64,000 nt of DNA from an uncultured Candidatus Saccharibacteria bacterium (GCA_964599285.1 CAZREI010000002.1:9955-73954), one strand, 5' to 3'; shown: positions 52,099-61,894, numbered from the stretch's first letter. The notes: generated by a model from the letters alone, not told the origin. Numbers and translations: made by a program.

Positions 52099-52575
52099 TT
52101 ACGCGCTTCCGATGAGCATTCCCGCGATGGCGACCAGCACTCCTCCCACCACTACCTGAGCGACCGACCACAAAAAATTCATTTTAAAGTAGCGGGTGCG
52201 GATGTAGGCGATGACCAGAAGTTCGACTCCCACCACTAAGTATGCCACAGAAAGAGCTCGCCACACGTTGGGCAAAAAAAAGGGAACGGTGTGTAAAAAT
52301 CCGCCAATGAAAGTGGCTAGGCCCGTCACTAATCCCCGACGCACGGGGTGTCCCCTACCAGTGTGGACTCCCGTATCGGAAAGCGCTTCGGCAAACCCCA
52401 TACTGATGGCTGCTCCGATGGCCGCTGATAATCCAATCAGCAAGGTAACGTGGGAAGATTTGGTTGCAAAAGCGGCGGCAAACAGCGGGGCCAAGGTTGA
52501 TACCGATCCGTCCATCAGTCCCAGCAAAGCCGGCTGGATATATTGGAGCACAAAAGCTTTTTCTTTTTGATCCAT
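52099..52575 (-). CDS. VIT1/CCC1-family metal transporter
   Basis: LMDGSVSTLAP...GFAEALSDTG. Confidence 0.6.
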   Translation of the reverse strand: MDQKEKAFVLQYIQPALLGLMDGSVSTLAPLFAAAFATKSSHVTLLIGLSAAIGAAISMGFAEALSDTGVHTGRGHPVRRGLVTGLATFIGGFLHTVPFFLPNVWRALSVAYLVVGVELLVIAYIRTRYFKMNFLWSVAQVVVGGVLVAIAGMLIGSA

Positions 52576-52741
52576 TTTACTATTGTAGCATATTCTTTTT
52601 CAATGAAAAAGAAAGCAAAACAAAAATAGCAAAGTGGCGGCGCCCGAAGGCGCCGCCACTTTTTTCACATCCGCGTTAATCCGCGTTTCGCCAGCTGGCG
52701 AATATCCGCGTAAATCCGCGAATTTTACGAAGTAAAATTGA

Positions 52742-52993
52742 TTAGCAGCACTTGCACATCCCTGCCTTATTGGCCCACTTCATAAAACCTCCAATGATAA
52801 CCAAAATTGGCCAAACAATTGCCGAAAATCCGGCGGTCACAACGCCCAAAGCTTGCAACAAAAAGGTCAAACCAAACAAAATGATCAGCACCGGTACTAC
52901 TTTATGATGAGGGCACTTGCACATATTTTTCATTCCCCCACCCATATTTTGCATATTTTCCATATTTTTTAAATGATAAATGATAATTAACAA
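52742..52993 (-). CDS. small Cys-rich membrane protein
   Basis: CKCPHH...CKCC flanking two TM. Confidence 0.35.
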   Translation of the reverse strand: MLIIIYHLKNMENMQNMGGGMKNMCKCPHHKVVPVLIILFGLTFLLQALGVVTAGFSAIVWPILVIIGGFMKWANKAGMCKCC

Positions 52994-53031
52994 TCTATTA
53001 ATTATCGACCTTTACCTGATCATACCATAGA

Positions 53032-53463
53032 TTAAGACCAAAGTGCCAGCACTGATCCCATAATCAGCAAGGCAAGCAAGTAATACGCGTTCATCAAAAA
53101 CCAAAGTTTCCACGATTTTCCTTCCCAAAGCACCGACCCCAGCGTCACCGGAGCAATAAATCCCAGCCAACTCCAAAACCCCACCATCAGGCCTGCGCCA
53201 ATGCCCGCCGCCTGCAAATAAGCACTGGCAAACACCAAGCTGTGCGCCAACACATATCCCATGACCAGCGACCCGATAAAGGCCAGCAAATATCCTTTCC
53301 ACATGCCGCCCTTGGCTTTGGCAGCGTCCATGTGTTCTTTGGTCATGCCCATCAGCGACATCCAAAGTTTGCCAAATAAGGGCCCGTACCAAACAAAACC
53401 CAGCACCATATTGGCCAGAGCCGCCACCAAAATGGCCCAGTAATTTACGACAACTTGCACCAT
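53032..53463 (-). CDS. DUF1761 membrane protein
   Basis: YGPLFGKLW pattern. Confidence 0.55.
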   Translation of the reverse strand: MVQVVVNYWAILVAALANMVLGFVWYGPLFGKLWMSLMGMTKEHMDAAKAKGGMWKGYLLAFIGSLVMGYVLAHSLVFASAYLQAAGIGAGLMVGFWSWLGFIAPVTLGSVLWEGKSWKLWFLMNAYYLLALLIMGSVLALWS

Positions 53464-53583
53464 ATTTTTAAAAATTCCAAATTACAAGCACCAAATTACA
53501 ATAGCGAATTGGAATTGGGATGCTGCAGTTTGAAAGATTTATATTTTTTCATTATACCACGCTAATCTTGACATGCCTATTGC

Positions 53584-53612
53584 AAGCATTGAAAAAATGG
53601 CTTACTATAAAA
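53584..53612 (+). promoter_or_regulatory. promoter TTGCAA-17-TACTAT upstream of tRNA
   Basis: Spacing consensus. Confidence 0.3.
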
Positions 53613-53646
53613 CTGCGAATAAGGGAAATGGTTCATTAAAAATACA

Positions 53647-54010
53647 TTCCGGTGTAGCTCAGCGGTAGAGCGATTCCCTGTCAACAAGGCAGCGCTCAGA
53701 AGAAACTCTGAGATGAACTTTTCGGGATATCGGTGAACCCTTCGACATTAATTGTCATGGCGATACCGAGGGAACCTAAATAATTTATTTGGGGCTCCGT
53801 AGAGACTAGATACCGAAATGCCTAATGTAGTTATTAGTTAGAAGTTTAAAGTTATAGTTATTAGTTCTTGGTTTAAAACTGAAAACTAAAAAACTTAAAC
53901 TTGGAACTTAAAACCAAAAACTGCCACGGCAAAGATATAGTCCACGCCTTGTGGAAACACAAGAATAAAGTGTAAGGAATGGGTCGTAGGTTCGAATCCT
54001 ACCACCGGAG
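53647..54010 (+). tRNA. tRNA (probably Asn-GUU) split by an about 292-nt group I intron in the anticodon loop
   Basis: 5' half tccggtg-ta-gctcagcggtagagc-g-attcc-ctgt. 3' half taa-ggaat-gggtc-gtagg-ttcgaat-cctac-caccgga-g. Intron has R-like gtagagactaga and exact S element aagatatagtcc, ends in G after exon U, and GCAG can pair CUGU for P1. Confidence 0.65.
53815..53925. repeat. family O repeat copy lodged inside the tRNA intron
   Basis: agttattagtt...aaactgaaaactaaaaaacttaaactt, similar to 38520-38660 and 51050-51180. Confidence 0.6.
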
Positions 54011-54011
54011 C
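53997..54011 (+). repeat. 15-bp direct repeat (tRNA 3' end), left copy
   Basis: tcctaccaccggagc; identical at 58681-58695. Confidence 0.7.
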
Positions 54012-54055
54012 AAGACAGGATTTGCTTCGTACAAATCCTCAATTTTAATTTCATT

Positions 54056-54484
54056 TTGTGCTGTTTTGAGATGAACTTTATGTCGTTGTTGAACTCAAAA
54101 AATATCGTTGCTTTAGGAATCATTGCTTTTTTAGTAGTGAGCATTTGGAGTTTATCTACCATGTGCATAATGGACATGAGCGGCCATATGGTAAATTGCC
54201 CATTCATGAACGGCTCATCAGGTTTTTGCCAGATGACCCTAACCGAGCATATCAGCCTTTGGCAGCAAACCTTTTCTTTGATAAAAATAAAAGATTTGTT
54301 TTTATTGTCTTTGCTGGTTTTTCTTTTTTCTGTTTTAGGTGCTGCGATCAGAAAAACCTACTACCAGTTAGAATCTCAGCCGTTTCGTCACTATTTTTAT
54401 AGGTATCGACCGGAAATAAAATTATTTAACCATCTGGAGCTGGCTTTTTCAGACGGCCTCATCCACTCAAAAATCTACGCTTAA
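54056..54484 (+). CDS. Cys/Met/His-rich membrane protein
   Basis: MSGHMVNCPFMNGSSGFCQM; start uncertain. Confidence 0.4.
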   Translation: MCCFEMNFMSLLNSKNIVALGIIAFLVVSIWSLSTMCIMDMSGHMVNCPFMNGSSGFCQMTLTEHISLWQQTFSLIKIKDLFLLSLLVFLFSVLGAAIRKTYYQLESQPFRHYFYRYRPEIKLFNHLELAFSDGLIHSKIYA

Positions 54485-54612
54485 TATTCGAAGCTGCCTT
54501 TTGTTTTTGTCAGCTCTCTTTACATACTAACTTTCATTGCGAAAGATTATTGTAAAAGAGAGCTGTAAGGCAGTTTTTTGTTAAACGTTTTCAGGGTAAA
54601 GTTAATCAAAAC

Positions 54613-55656
54613 ATGAATAAGGAACAGACCTATTTTATCAAAGGCATGCATTGCTCGGCCTGCGAAATACTCATCGAAAAAAAGCTCCTGGCAATTCCCG
54701 GGGTGAAATCCGTTGATGCTTCCCTATCCAAGGGAGAAGCGATAATTGAATACGATGGAGAAAAGCCGACAACTGAAACGCTCAACGACATGTTCAGGAA
54801 AGACAATTACACTTTTTCTGAAGATCGGCAGTTAGTAAGTAGCCAAGTTCAAGAGAAAAGCAAAGAATCAATAAATCCAACGCTGCTTGGATTGGCAATA
54901 GCCATGGTCATTGTGACAGGATTTTTGGTGCTGGATCGTCTGGGAATATCGGGGTTGCTCAATATCAGCTCAAAATCTTCGGCCATCACTTTTTTTGGTT
55001 TTGGAATCATAGCCGGCTTGTCCTCCTGTGCCGCGTTGGTAGGAGGTATCGTGCTATCTATGTCAAAGCAATGGCTCCAAATGTATAACTCCCAGCAAAG
55101 CAAAATAAAAAAACTCGAGCCGCACTTACTGTTTAATGTTGGCAGGGTTCTATCTTACGCCGTACTGGGCGGAGCGCTGGGATTGATTGGGGGCAGGCTG
55201 CAAATATCGGTAGGGCTTACTACTACATTGGTCATTGTCATTTCTGTCCTCATGATAGGGTTGGGATTGCAAATGCTCGAAGTAAAAGGGTTTCGGAGAT
55301 TTCAATTTTCAATGCCAAGATTCATTACCCGAGGCATTGCCAACGAAAATAATTTTAAGGGAAAGTATATGCCGTTTGTTATGGGGGCCGCCACCTTTTT
55401 TCTGCCTTGCGGTTTTACCATCACCGCTCAAACGATAGCATTGTTATCGGGAAACGCGTTGCAGGGAGGTTTGATTATGGGGTTTTTTGCCTTGGGAACT
55501 TTGCCCATGCTTTTGCTTATTGGATTATCAAGCGTTGCCTTTTCTTCAAAGCCTCGCTTAGCATTAATCTTCTCAAAAGTTGCCGGGTTCTTGGTGTTGT
55601 TCTTTGCCTTGTATAATATTTACCATCAATTAATACTATTAGGATTAATCAAATAA
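54613..55656 (+). CDS. HMA domain fused to CcdA/DsbD-like membrane domain
   Basis: GMHCSACE metal-binding motif; Cys in TM helices. Confidence 0.6.
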   Translation: MNKEQTYFIKGMHCSACEILIEKKLLAIPGVKSVDASLSKGEAIIEYDGEKPTTETLNDMFRKDNYTFSEDRQLVSSQVQEKSKESINPTLLGLAIAMVIVTGFLVLDRLGISGLLNISSKSSAITFFGFGIIAGLSSCAALVGGIVLSMSKQWLQMYNSQQSKIKKLEPHLLFNVGRVLSYAVLGGALGLIGGRLQISVGLTTTLVIVISVLMIGLGLQMLEVKGFRRFQFSMPRFITRGIANENNFKGKYMPFVMGAATFFLPCGFTITAQTIALLSGNALQGGLIMGFFALGTLPMLLLIGLSSVAFSSKPRLALIFSKVAGFLVLFFALYNIYHQLILLGLIK

Positions 55657-55661
55657 AAATT

Positions 55662-56078
55662 ATGCAAAAAAATAACCTCATTCAGCCGATATTAATTTCA
55701 GTGATCCTGATTTGCGTACTCATTTCAGGATATATTCTTGTAACTTCAAACAAGCAAACTGCAAGCCAGGGCGCGAGCGCCTTGGCACCCATGGTCAATG
55801 GCAAGCAGCTAATCCAAATGACGGTAAATGCGGTAAAATATAATCCCAATTCATTTACCGTAAAAGCCGGCATTCCGGTAAGCTGGCAAATTACTTCATC
55901 GGGCGAACCGGGATGCGATAGCGGAGAGGTAATCGCGCGCGGTTTAACTGATCCGATTTTTTTAAATCCCAATCAGGGGCAAGTTACTATCAAAGAATTC
56001 ACTGCGCAAACTCCAGGCACTTATCAGTTCGGTTGCCCGATGGGTATGGTACTTGGCACCATTGAAGTAGTAAATTAA
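55662..56078 (+). CDS. cupredoxin-like protein
   Basis: GTYQFGCPMGMVLG C-terminal ligand loop. Confidence 0.5.
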   Translation: MQKNNLIQPILISVILICVLISGYILVTSNKQTASQGASALAPMVNGKQLIQMTVNAVKYNPNSFTVKAGIPVSWQITSSGEPGCDSGEVIARGLTDPIFLNPNQGQVTIKEFTAQTPGTYQFGCPMGMVLGTIEVVN

Positions 56079-56090
56079 CATCAAAAATCC

Positions 56091-58394
56091 ATGACTCATA
56101 AAACATATCAAATTAAGGGAATGCATTGCGCTTCTTGCGCGAGCATCATTGAGATGGCTTTTAAGGAAACGGAAGGAGTCGCCTCCGCGCAAGTCAACTA
56201 CGGCACGGAAACCGCCAAAGTTTCTTTTGATCAATCAAAAACAAGTGTGGAAGCGCTTTCAAAGAAAATAGAACCTTATGGCTATTCCATTATCATGCCA
56301 ACGGCGGAAGAAATGGGCATGTCTACTGATGAACACGCCGCTCACACCGGCATCGGGCAATCAAAAAAAGAAAAACTAAAGGAAATTGCGGAGCAAAAAA
56401 CCATGGTCATGTCGGCCATTCCGCTGGCCATTGTCAGTATTTTTGCTATGACTTGGGAAACGCTGGCTCAATTCAATTTAGTGGCGCAGCAGCCGTTTGC
56501 CGTGGCAGAATTTTTTAGTCACCTACTACCGATTATGGCTACCTACGTTTTGTTTGTGGTGGGAAAGCCGTATTTACTCGGCATGTATCGGTTCCTGCGC
56601 TATGGCAAAGCCAATATGGATACATTGATTGGGCTCGGTACTTCAGTCGCTTTCCTGTACAGCTTTATTGTTACTGCGTTCACCAATTCAATGGCTCATA
56701 CTTATTACGATGTCACCATTGTGGTTATTACGTTCATTGCTCTGGGCAAATATCTTGAAGCCCGGGCTAAACTAAAAACAGGAGATGCTATTGAAAAGCT
56801 GCTGAACCTTCAAGCAAAAACGGCCTTAGTGATCCGGGACAGTAAAGAGCAAAAAGTTTCTATTAATGATGTGGTGCATGGGGATTTATTAATAGTAAAA
56901 CCGGGAGGAAGAATTCCCGTTGACGGAACTATTACCCAGGGAACTTCTTTTGTTGACCAAGCCATGATCACCGGCGAGCCCATGCTCGTTGAGAAAAAAT
57001 TGGGAGACCAAGTGGTTGCCGGCACCATCAATACCACTGGCAGCTTCACATTCAAAGCCACAAAAGTTGGGTCTGAAACGTTGCTATCTCATATTGTGAA
57101 AATGGTTCAGGAGGCACAGGGAAGCAAAGCTCCCATCCAGGCCTTGGCCGATAAAATCTCGGGCGTATTTGTGCCGGTAGTACTGGTGATTTCTTTTATT
57201 ACGCTTGGAATATGGCTTACGATTGGAACTCATTACCTAGGTTTTGCTGAAGCATTATCCTTCGGCCTAACTTCGTTTGTGGGAATCTTAGTCATCGCCT
57301 GTCCATGTGCTTTGGGATTGGCAACACCGACGGCAATTATTGTCGGCGTAGGCAAAGGAGCCAAAGAAGGCATTCTCATTAAAGATGCGGCAACGCTGGA
57401 AAAACTTCACAAGGTAAATACCGTGGTTATGGATAAAACCGGGACGATCACCAAAGGAAAAACAGAGCTTACGGACATTAAGAATTATTCCTTCCTTCGC
57501 CAAGGCTTCGGCGGGCAGGCAAAACTGGATGATAAAAAAGTAATATCCATCCTGGCTTCGCTCGAAAAAAATTCAGAGCATCCGATCGCCTCCGCAATCA
57601 CTAACTACGCAAAAGAAAAATCCATTGAAACAATAACGGTAGAAAAATTCGAAATCATCAAAGGCAAGGGGCTCAAAGGAATTGTTGATGGCAAGGAATA
57701 CTTCGCCGGAAATGCAAAACTTATCTTTGATCTAAAAATTCCTTTTGATGCCAAAAGCATTGAAACGGAAACCCGACAAGGGAAAACGCCGGTGATTCTT
57801 GCAACCCAAAAAGAGATCATCGGCGTCGTAATGATTGCTGACGCCATAAAACCAGAAGCAATCGATGCTGTAAAAAATCTGCACAAGATGGGCATTAAAA
57901 TCGTGATGCTTACCGGCGATGATAAAAATACCGCACAGGCAATTGCTAAAGAAGTTGGCATCGATAAAGTGATCTCGGAGGTGTTACCTGAAGATAAACT
58001 CAAAACTATCAAGGAGCTGCAGCAGAAAGGCGCGGTGATTGCCATGGCAGGTGACGGAGTAAATGATGCTCCGGCGCTAGCACAAGCTGACGTCGGCATT
58101 GCCATGGGGACAGGCACAGATGTTGCTATTGAAACCGCTGGCATTACACTTTTGCACGGCGATATTTCAAAGCTGGTCAAAGCGGTGCGCCTTTCAAAAA
58201 TGACGATGCTTGGCATCAAGCAAAATCTCTTCTGGGCGTTTATTTATAACATAGCAGGAATCCCGATCGCCGCCGGCATCTTATATCCATTCTTTGGAAT
58301 ATTGCTTTCACCGGTGTTTGCGGGATTGGCCATGGCATTTTCAAGCGTAAGCGTGGTTGGAAATAGTTTGAGGATTAGAGGGAAGAAATTGTAG
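56091..58394 (+). CDS. copA: Cu+-exporting P1B-type ATPase
   Basis: GMHCASCA, CPC, DKTGT, GDGVNDAP. Confidence 0.95.
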   Translation: MTHKTYQIKGMHCASCASIIEMAFKETEGVASAQVNYGTETAKVSFDQSKTSVEALSKKIEPYGYSIIMPTAEEMGMSTDEHAAHTGIGQSKKEKLKEIAEQKTMVMSAIPLAIVSIFAMTWETLAQFNLVAQQPFAVAEFFSHLLPIMATYVLFVVGKPYLLGMYRFLRYGKANMDTLIGLGTSVAFLYSFIVTAFTNSMAHTYYDVTIVVITFIALGKYLEARAKLKTGDAIEKLLNLQAKTALVIRDSKEQKVSINDVVHGDLLIVKPGGRIPVDGTITQGTSFVDQAMITGEPMLVEKKLGDQVVAGTINTTGSFTFKATKVGSETLLSHIVKMVQEAQGSKAPIQALADKISGVFVPVVLVISFITLGIWLTIGTHYLGFAEALSFGLTSFVGILVIACPCALGLATPTAIIVGVGKGAKEGILIKDAATLEKLHKVNTVVMDKTGTITKGKTELTDIKNYSFLRQGFGGQAKLDDKKVISILASLEKNSEHPIASAITNYAKEKSIETITVEKFEIIKGKGLKGIVDGKEYFAGNAKLIFDLKIPFDAKSIETETRQGKTPVILATQKEIIGVVMIADAIKPEAIDAVKNLHKMGIKIVMLTGDDKNTAQAIAKEVGIDKVISEVLPEDKLKTIKELQQKGAVIAMAGDGVNDAPALAQADVGIAMGTGTDVAIETAGITLLHGDISKLVKAVRLSKMTMLGIKQNLFWAFIYNIAGIPIAAGILYPFFGILLSPVFAGLAMAFSSVSVVGNSLRIRGKKL

Positions 58395-58556
58395 CGGATA
58401 ATTTTTACTCCTCCCTGACCAAAGGCTTCTCCATTTGCATAATATCGGCGTCGGGGAAGCGCAGTAGGTCTTCCCATTTGGTGTTTATGAACTCGTTCCA
58501 CTTCGGGAGCAGTGAAATCAGAACGCCCCTTGCGGGTGTTTTTGATTTCACTTGAT

Positions 58557-58670
58557 TCGTTGAGGTAGGAGTCGAACCTAGGATGGGGTCGGGAAGGAGA
58601 AGTCCTTCCCGTGTAGGAAGCCTTCAAAACCGAGGGTTTTGAAAAAGGATCGAAGTGACGCTGGTTCAAG
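58557..58670 (+). ncRNA. conserved structured RNA motif, copy 2
   Basis: Same blocks as 10953-11046 (reverse complement); preceded by T-loop-like ggagtcgaacc. Confidence 0.4.
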
Positions 58671-58680
58671 TAAAACGGAG

Positions 58681-58695
58681 TCCTACCACCGGAGC
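58681..58695 (+). repeat. 15-bp direct repeat (tRNA 3' end), right copy
   Basis: tcctaccaccggagc. Confidence 0.7.
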
Positions 58696-59060
58696 CATCG
58701 TATACGAATAGAGGCGAGAGCCTCTGTTTTGTTCGTAAAATCGCCTGTTTTTGCCAGTTCTAACCTTAAATACTCTGCTTGTAGGGCAGGATAGCCTTCG
58801 CCGATAGGTTGTAGCCACTCTTTTGGCTCAATAGTTAGATTTTTGTTCTTAATTATGGGCTTTTCTCCCAAGCTCATTAAGATTTCTTTCTTCAATTCTA
58901 ACCCTCTTTCTAAAAACTTGATTCTGGCGTAGGCGGCAAAGTGAAAAGTTTTTTCATTTATCTCAAACCAATGCTCGACTCGGGCTTCGGTTTCTTTTAC
59001 CAGATTTTTTAGCTTGTTTATTTTTGCCGCTAGTAAACCTATATTAAAAGTAAAATAAAG
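58683..59060 (-). pseudogene. C-terminal gene remnant without start codon
   Basis: About 120-codon frame opening directly after a stop; first Met only 70 codons from end. Confidence 0.3.
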
Positions 59061-59107
59061 CCCCCAATCAGTTTCCGTAGAAACCGACTAGGGGCATGTT
59101 GAAAGAA

Positions 59108-59518
59108 CTACCTGATGCTTGAGTTGCTCACGCTACTCAAACTGCTCTCCTCACGAACGTTGTTGATAGCACCGTTGCTATGAACATCGTGAGGCGTGTC
59201 GTTGACTGATCGAAACGGTGTCAGTTTGATGACCACGCCGCTTACGATTGCGGCGATGGCCACGATCACGAACACCGAGACGAAAAGGTCAATGACAACC
59301 CACTGCGAAACAACCACGGGCTGGTAAATCACGACGAGCGTGATCGCCACCCAGTGGCTGGTGCAGTAAGAGCATGACACAAGCTCACCGAGCCAGGTGT
59401 TTTTCTTGGCACTCCATTCCCTTGCGGAAGCGAAGAGCCGAGATTTGGAGGTGGTCACCGAAATCGCCGCTGTCGCCAGAGCGAGAACGATAACCTGATA
59501 CAAGCCGTTCAGATCCAT
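59108..59518 (-). CDS. DUF1360-like membrane protein
   Basis: SCSYCTSHWVA; AAAGGAGG SD; high GC. Confidence 0.5.
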   Translation of the reverse strand: MDLNGLYQVIVLALATAAISVTTSKSRLFASAREWSAKKNTWLGELVSCSYCTSHWVAITLVVIYQPVVVSQWVVIDLFVSVFVIVAIAAIVSGVVIKLTPFRSVNDTPHDVHSNGAINNVREESSLSSVSNSSIR

Positions 59519-59533
59519 TGCGCTACCTCCTTT

Positions 59534-59737
59534 CTAGCAGGTACATCCGCCCTGGGACTTGGACTGTTCGCGACGCATTTGTTCGTTGATGCTGTCGGCC
59601 AGCTTCAGGGCTTTGTCCACCCCGGCCAACACATCGTCAACCTCCGGAACCTGGTCGGAAATGTCAGTCGTCTCAAGAGACGAACTGCCACCTGGACCCG
59701 GCCCTTTGGTTTTCTTGCGGAACCGATCTTGGAGCAT
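59534..59737 (-). CDS. Pup-like small protein ending ...QGGCTC
   Basis: Gly-rich N-terminus; EVDDVLAGVD...KSQGG resembles Pup DEIDDVLEEN...QKGGQ; AAGGAGA SD; directly after ARC stop. Confidence 0.5.
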   Translation of the reverse strand: MLQDRFRKKTKGPGPGGSSSLETTDISDQVPEVDDVLAGVDKALKLADSINEQMRREQSKSQGGCTC

Positions 59738-59749
59738 GGATGTTTCTCC

Positions 59750-61487
59750 TTACGCCTTGGCCTGGCGAAGCTTCTGAATGCCCACGACTTCCTCGCGGAA
59801 ATCATGGACGAAATCAGAGAGTTCGTCGGTGTGGTTGAGGTCACGGTTTTGTTGTTCCACCAGATCCACTGCCACCACCAGATCGTCCTTGCGCATCCCT
59901 TCCGGCTTTTTCTTGGAAAGGTCGCGTTGCAGAGCAATCGAAGTGGCTTGGTCGATGATACTCACGATCATCCCACCGTTCACGATGTGACCGAGGGTGA
60001 AATCGCAGACACCATCTTTCTTCTTGACTTGGTAGAGCACCCGACGAGACGAGAACACCTCGTCACTGCCGAGCTTTGCCAGCTCCTCGCGCGTGTAACC
60101 GTTGTTAAGCGGCACTCGCTTGAGGTTGAGCTGGAAAATGTCCACCGCGCCTTGCGGAGTCGGACGCCCAATCTTGATCTTGCGATCAATGCGCCCGTCA
60201 CGAACCACAGCCGGGTCGAGGATGTCGGAGCGGTTCGTGGCCAGAATGACCAGAGCGCCCGAATCTTCGAGACCGTCCATTTCCGTCAGGAACATGGGAA
60301 CGATCGTGCGTTCCACATCCGAGCTGATGCCCGAACCGCGCTTGGACAAGATCGCGTCGGCTTCGTCGATGAACACCACCGCCGGATAGCCATGCGTTTC
60401 CTTGTGCTTGCGCGCCCGCTGGAAGATTTGACGAACCGTTGCTTCGGCCATACCCACGAAACGATCGAGAATCTCGGGACCCTTGATGTAGATGAATCCC
60501 GCAGACTTCGAGCCGCCGTTGTAGATCTTGGCCAGAGCTGTCGCCGTCGCCTTTCCCAGCATGGTCTTGCCGCATCCCGGAGGGCCATAGAGGAGAATTC
60601 CCTTTACTGGCTTCTTGCCGTAGAACCGGAAAATATCCGGGTTCCTGTGTGGAAGCTCCACGGCTTCGATCATCTGTTTCTTGGCTTCCGCCAAACCACC
60701 GACATCGTTCCAAGTGACGTTCGTTTCAGCCGAAAAGCTGAAGCGTTCGTCGTCTTTCCCGAGGTTGCGGATGATGACGCTGGCCGTTCCGTCAAGCACG
60801 ACGCGGTCGCCCTTTTCGAGCGCCTTGCCGAGCTTGCCGTTGAAAACGACCCGAACCGAAGACTGGTAGTCCACTTCCGAGAACATTTCGTCGATCACGC
60901 GTCGCAGGTAGCCGATGTCACCGCCCAGTTGCGTTGCCGCAACGTCGACGATTTGCATCGTCTCCATAACGATCGTGACCGTGTCGCCAGGGTTGACCTG
61001 TTTGTCCTTCGGCAGAAGGACTTCGAGGAACTTCCCTTCGACGGCGATGAGGGCAGTGTTGCCATAACTAGCAGATGCCTTCTTAGTGTACCATCGTTCG
61101 ACATCTGCACAAAAATCGAGAAACACCTTTCCGTCGTGATCAGTGAAAATCTTGGAGCCCTGAAAACCCGCCACCACATGCTTCTTGGCCTTCATGACAT
61201 GGGAGGTAAGACCCACATCGGGTTTAATCTCAAGCTCATCACCCACAGCGTAACCCCGCAACGTCCTGACGATATTATCCACTTTTTCAGTGCTGCCGTT
61301 CACCATAACAATGGACGAAGGGATTTTTACCTCCCTCTTCACTTCCACCGCCACCACCGTCGCATACGCGAAGGGGGGGGGTAGTGAGCTGTTCGAGCAT
61401 CTCCTTCTGTTCGAGGAGCTTGGCTTTCGCCTGCTCGAGAGCGTCACGGAGCTTCTGGACCTGTTCTTGGACTTCACGTTCGTTCAT
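59750..61487 (-). CDS. proteasome-associated AAA ATPase (ARC/Mpa-like), frameshifted in a C9 run
   Basis: GILLYGPPGCGKT...FIDEADA...ILATNR...RxGRID; N-terminal coiled coil MNEREVQEQVQKLRDALEQAK encoded in the other frame upstream of G9/C9 at 61373-61381. Confidence 0.85.
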
Positions 61488-61774
61488 GACTGACCTCCTG
61501 ACCTGACGTTCGCGGTTTGATCTTCAACGGGATTTTGCAGGCATACGTCAACTGCTCGCAAAACTTTCGCCCCCGCTGGATCGTCAATCGTTCCGATGGC
61601 AAAGTGAACATTCAGTCCCCTTGCCAACTCCAGTCCTCCCCGGACCGAAGCTACGATTAGTTTTTGTCCGTCATGGGAACTGGTCGGATCCTTCACGCGC
61701 ACCTTCCAGACTGTTCGTCCTTTCGATGGCGTGTCGAACCCGACGACGAACCCATTGGTTCTTTTCGGGTTCAT
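61484..61774 (-). CDS. hypothetical protein (96 aa)
   Basis: ATGA overlap with ARC start; no family recognised. Confidence 0.4.
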   Translation of the reverse strand: MNPKRTNGFVVGFDTPSKGRTVWKVRVKDPTSSHDGQKLIVASVRGGLELARGLNVHFAIGTIDDPAGAKVLRAVDVCLQNPVEDQTANVRSGGQS

Positions 61775-61894
61775 GACTGGTTCCTTTCTGAACTAGTGAC
61801 CGATTTACCAAAAGACCGTCAGACCGTTTGACACCTCCTTTTAGTTTTCAAAGACCATTCCTAATGATCTCCAAGGCACATACCTTGAGATACC

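Noticed and set aside
58244-58669. 141-aa minus-strand ORF
   Set aside because: Mostly antisense to copA 3' end; low-complexity; no start context.
58557-58700. Possible complete tRNA or tmRNA on minus strand (T-loop ggttcgactcc, acceptor-like tccggtg)
   Set aside because: No complementary 3' acceptor strand. The length between the parts exceeds a tRNA. Treated as tRNA-derived fragment plus structured motif instead.
59579-61384. 601-aa + strand ORF (and 59559-59777, 59778-59990, 60102-60389, 60681-60869 ORFs)
   Set aside because: Antisense to the clearly conserved ARC ATPase gene in a high-GC segment where long stop-free antisense frames are expected. No recognisable domains.
61484-61500. 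C-terminal SGGQS of the 96-aa protein as a Pup-like GGQ tail
   Set aside because: The GG codons are the AGGAGG Shine-Dalgarno of the overlapping ARC gene. Coincidence of the SD with coding sequence.
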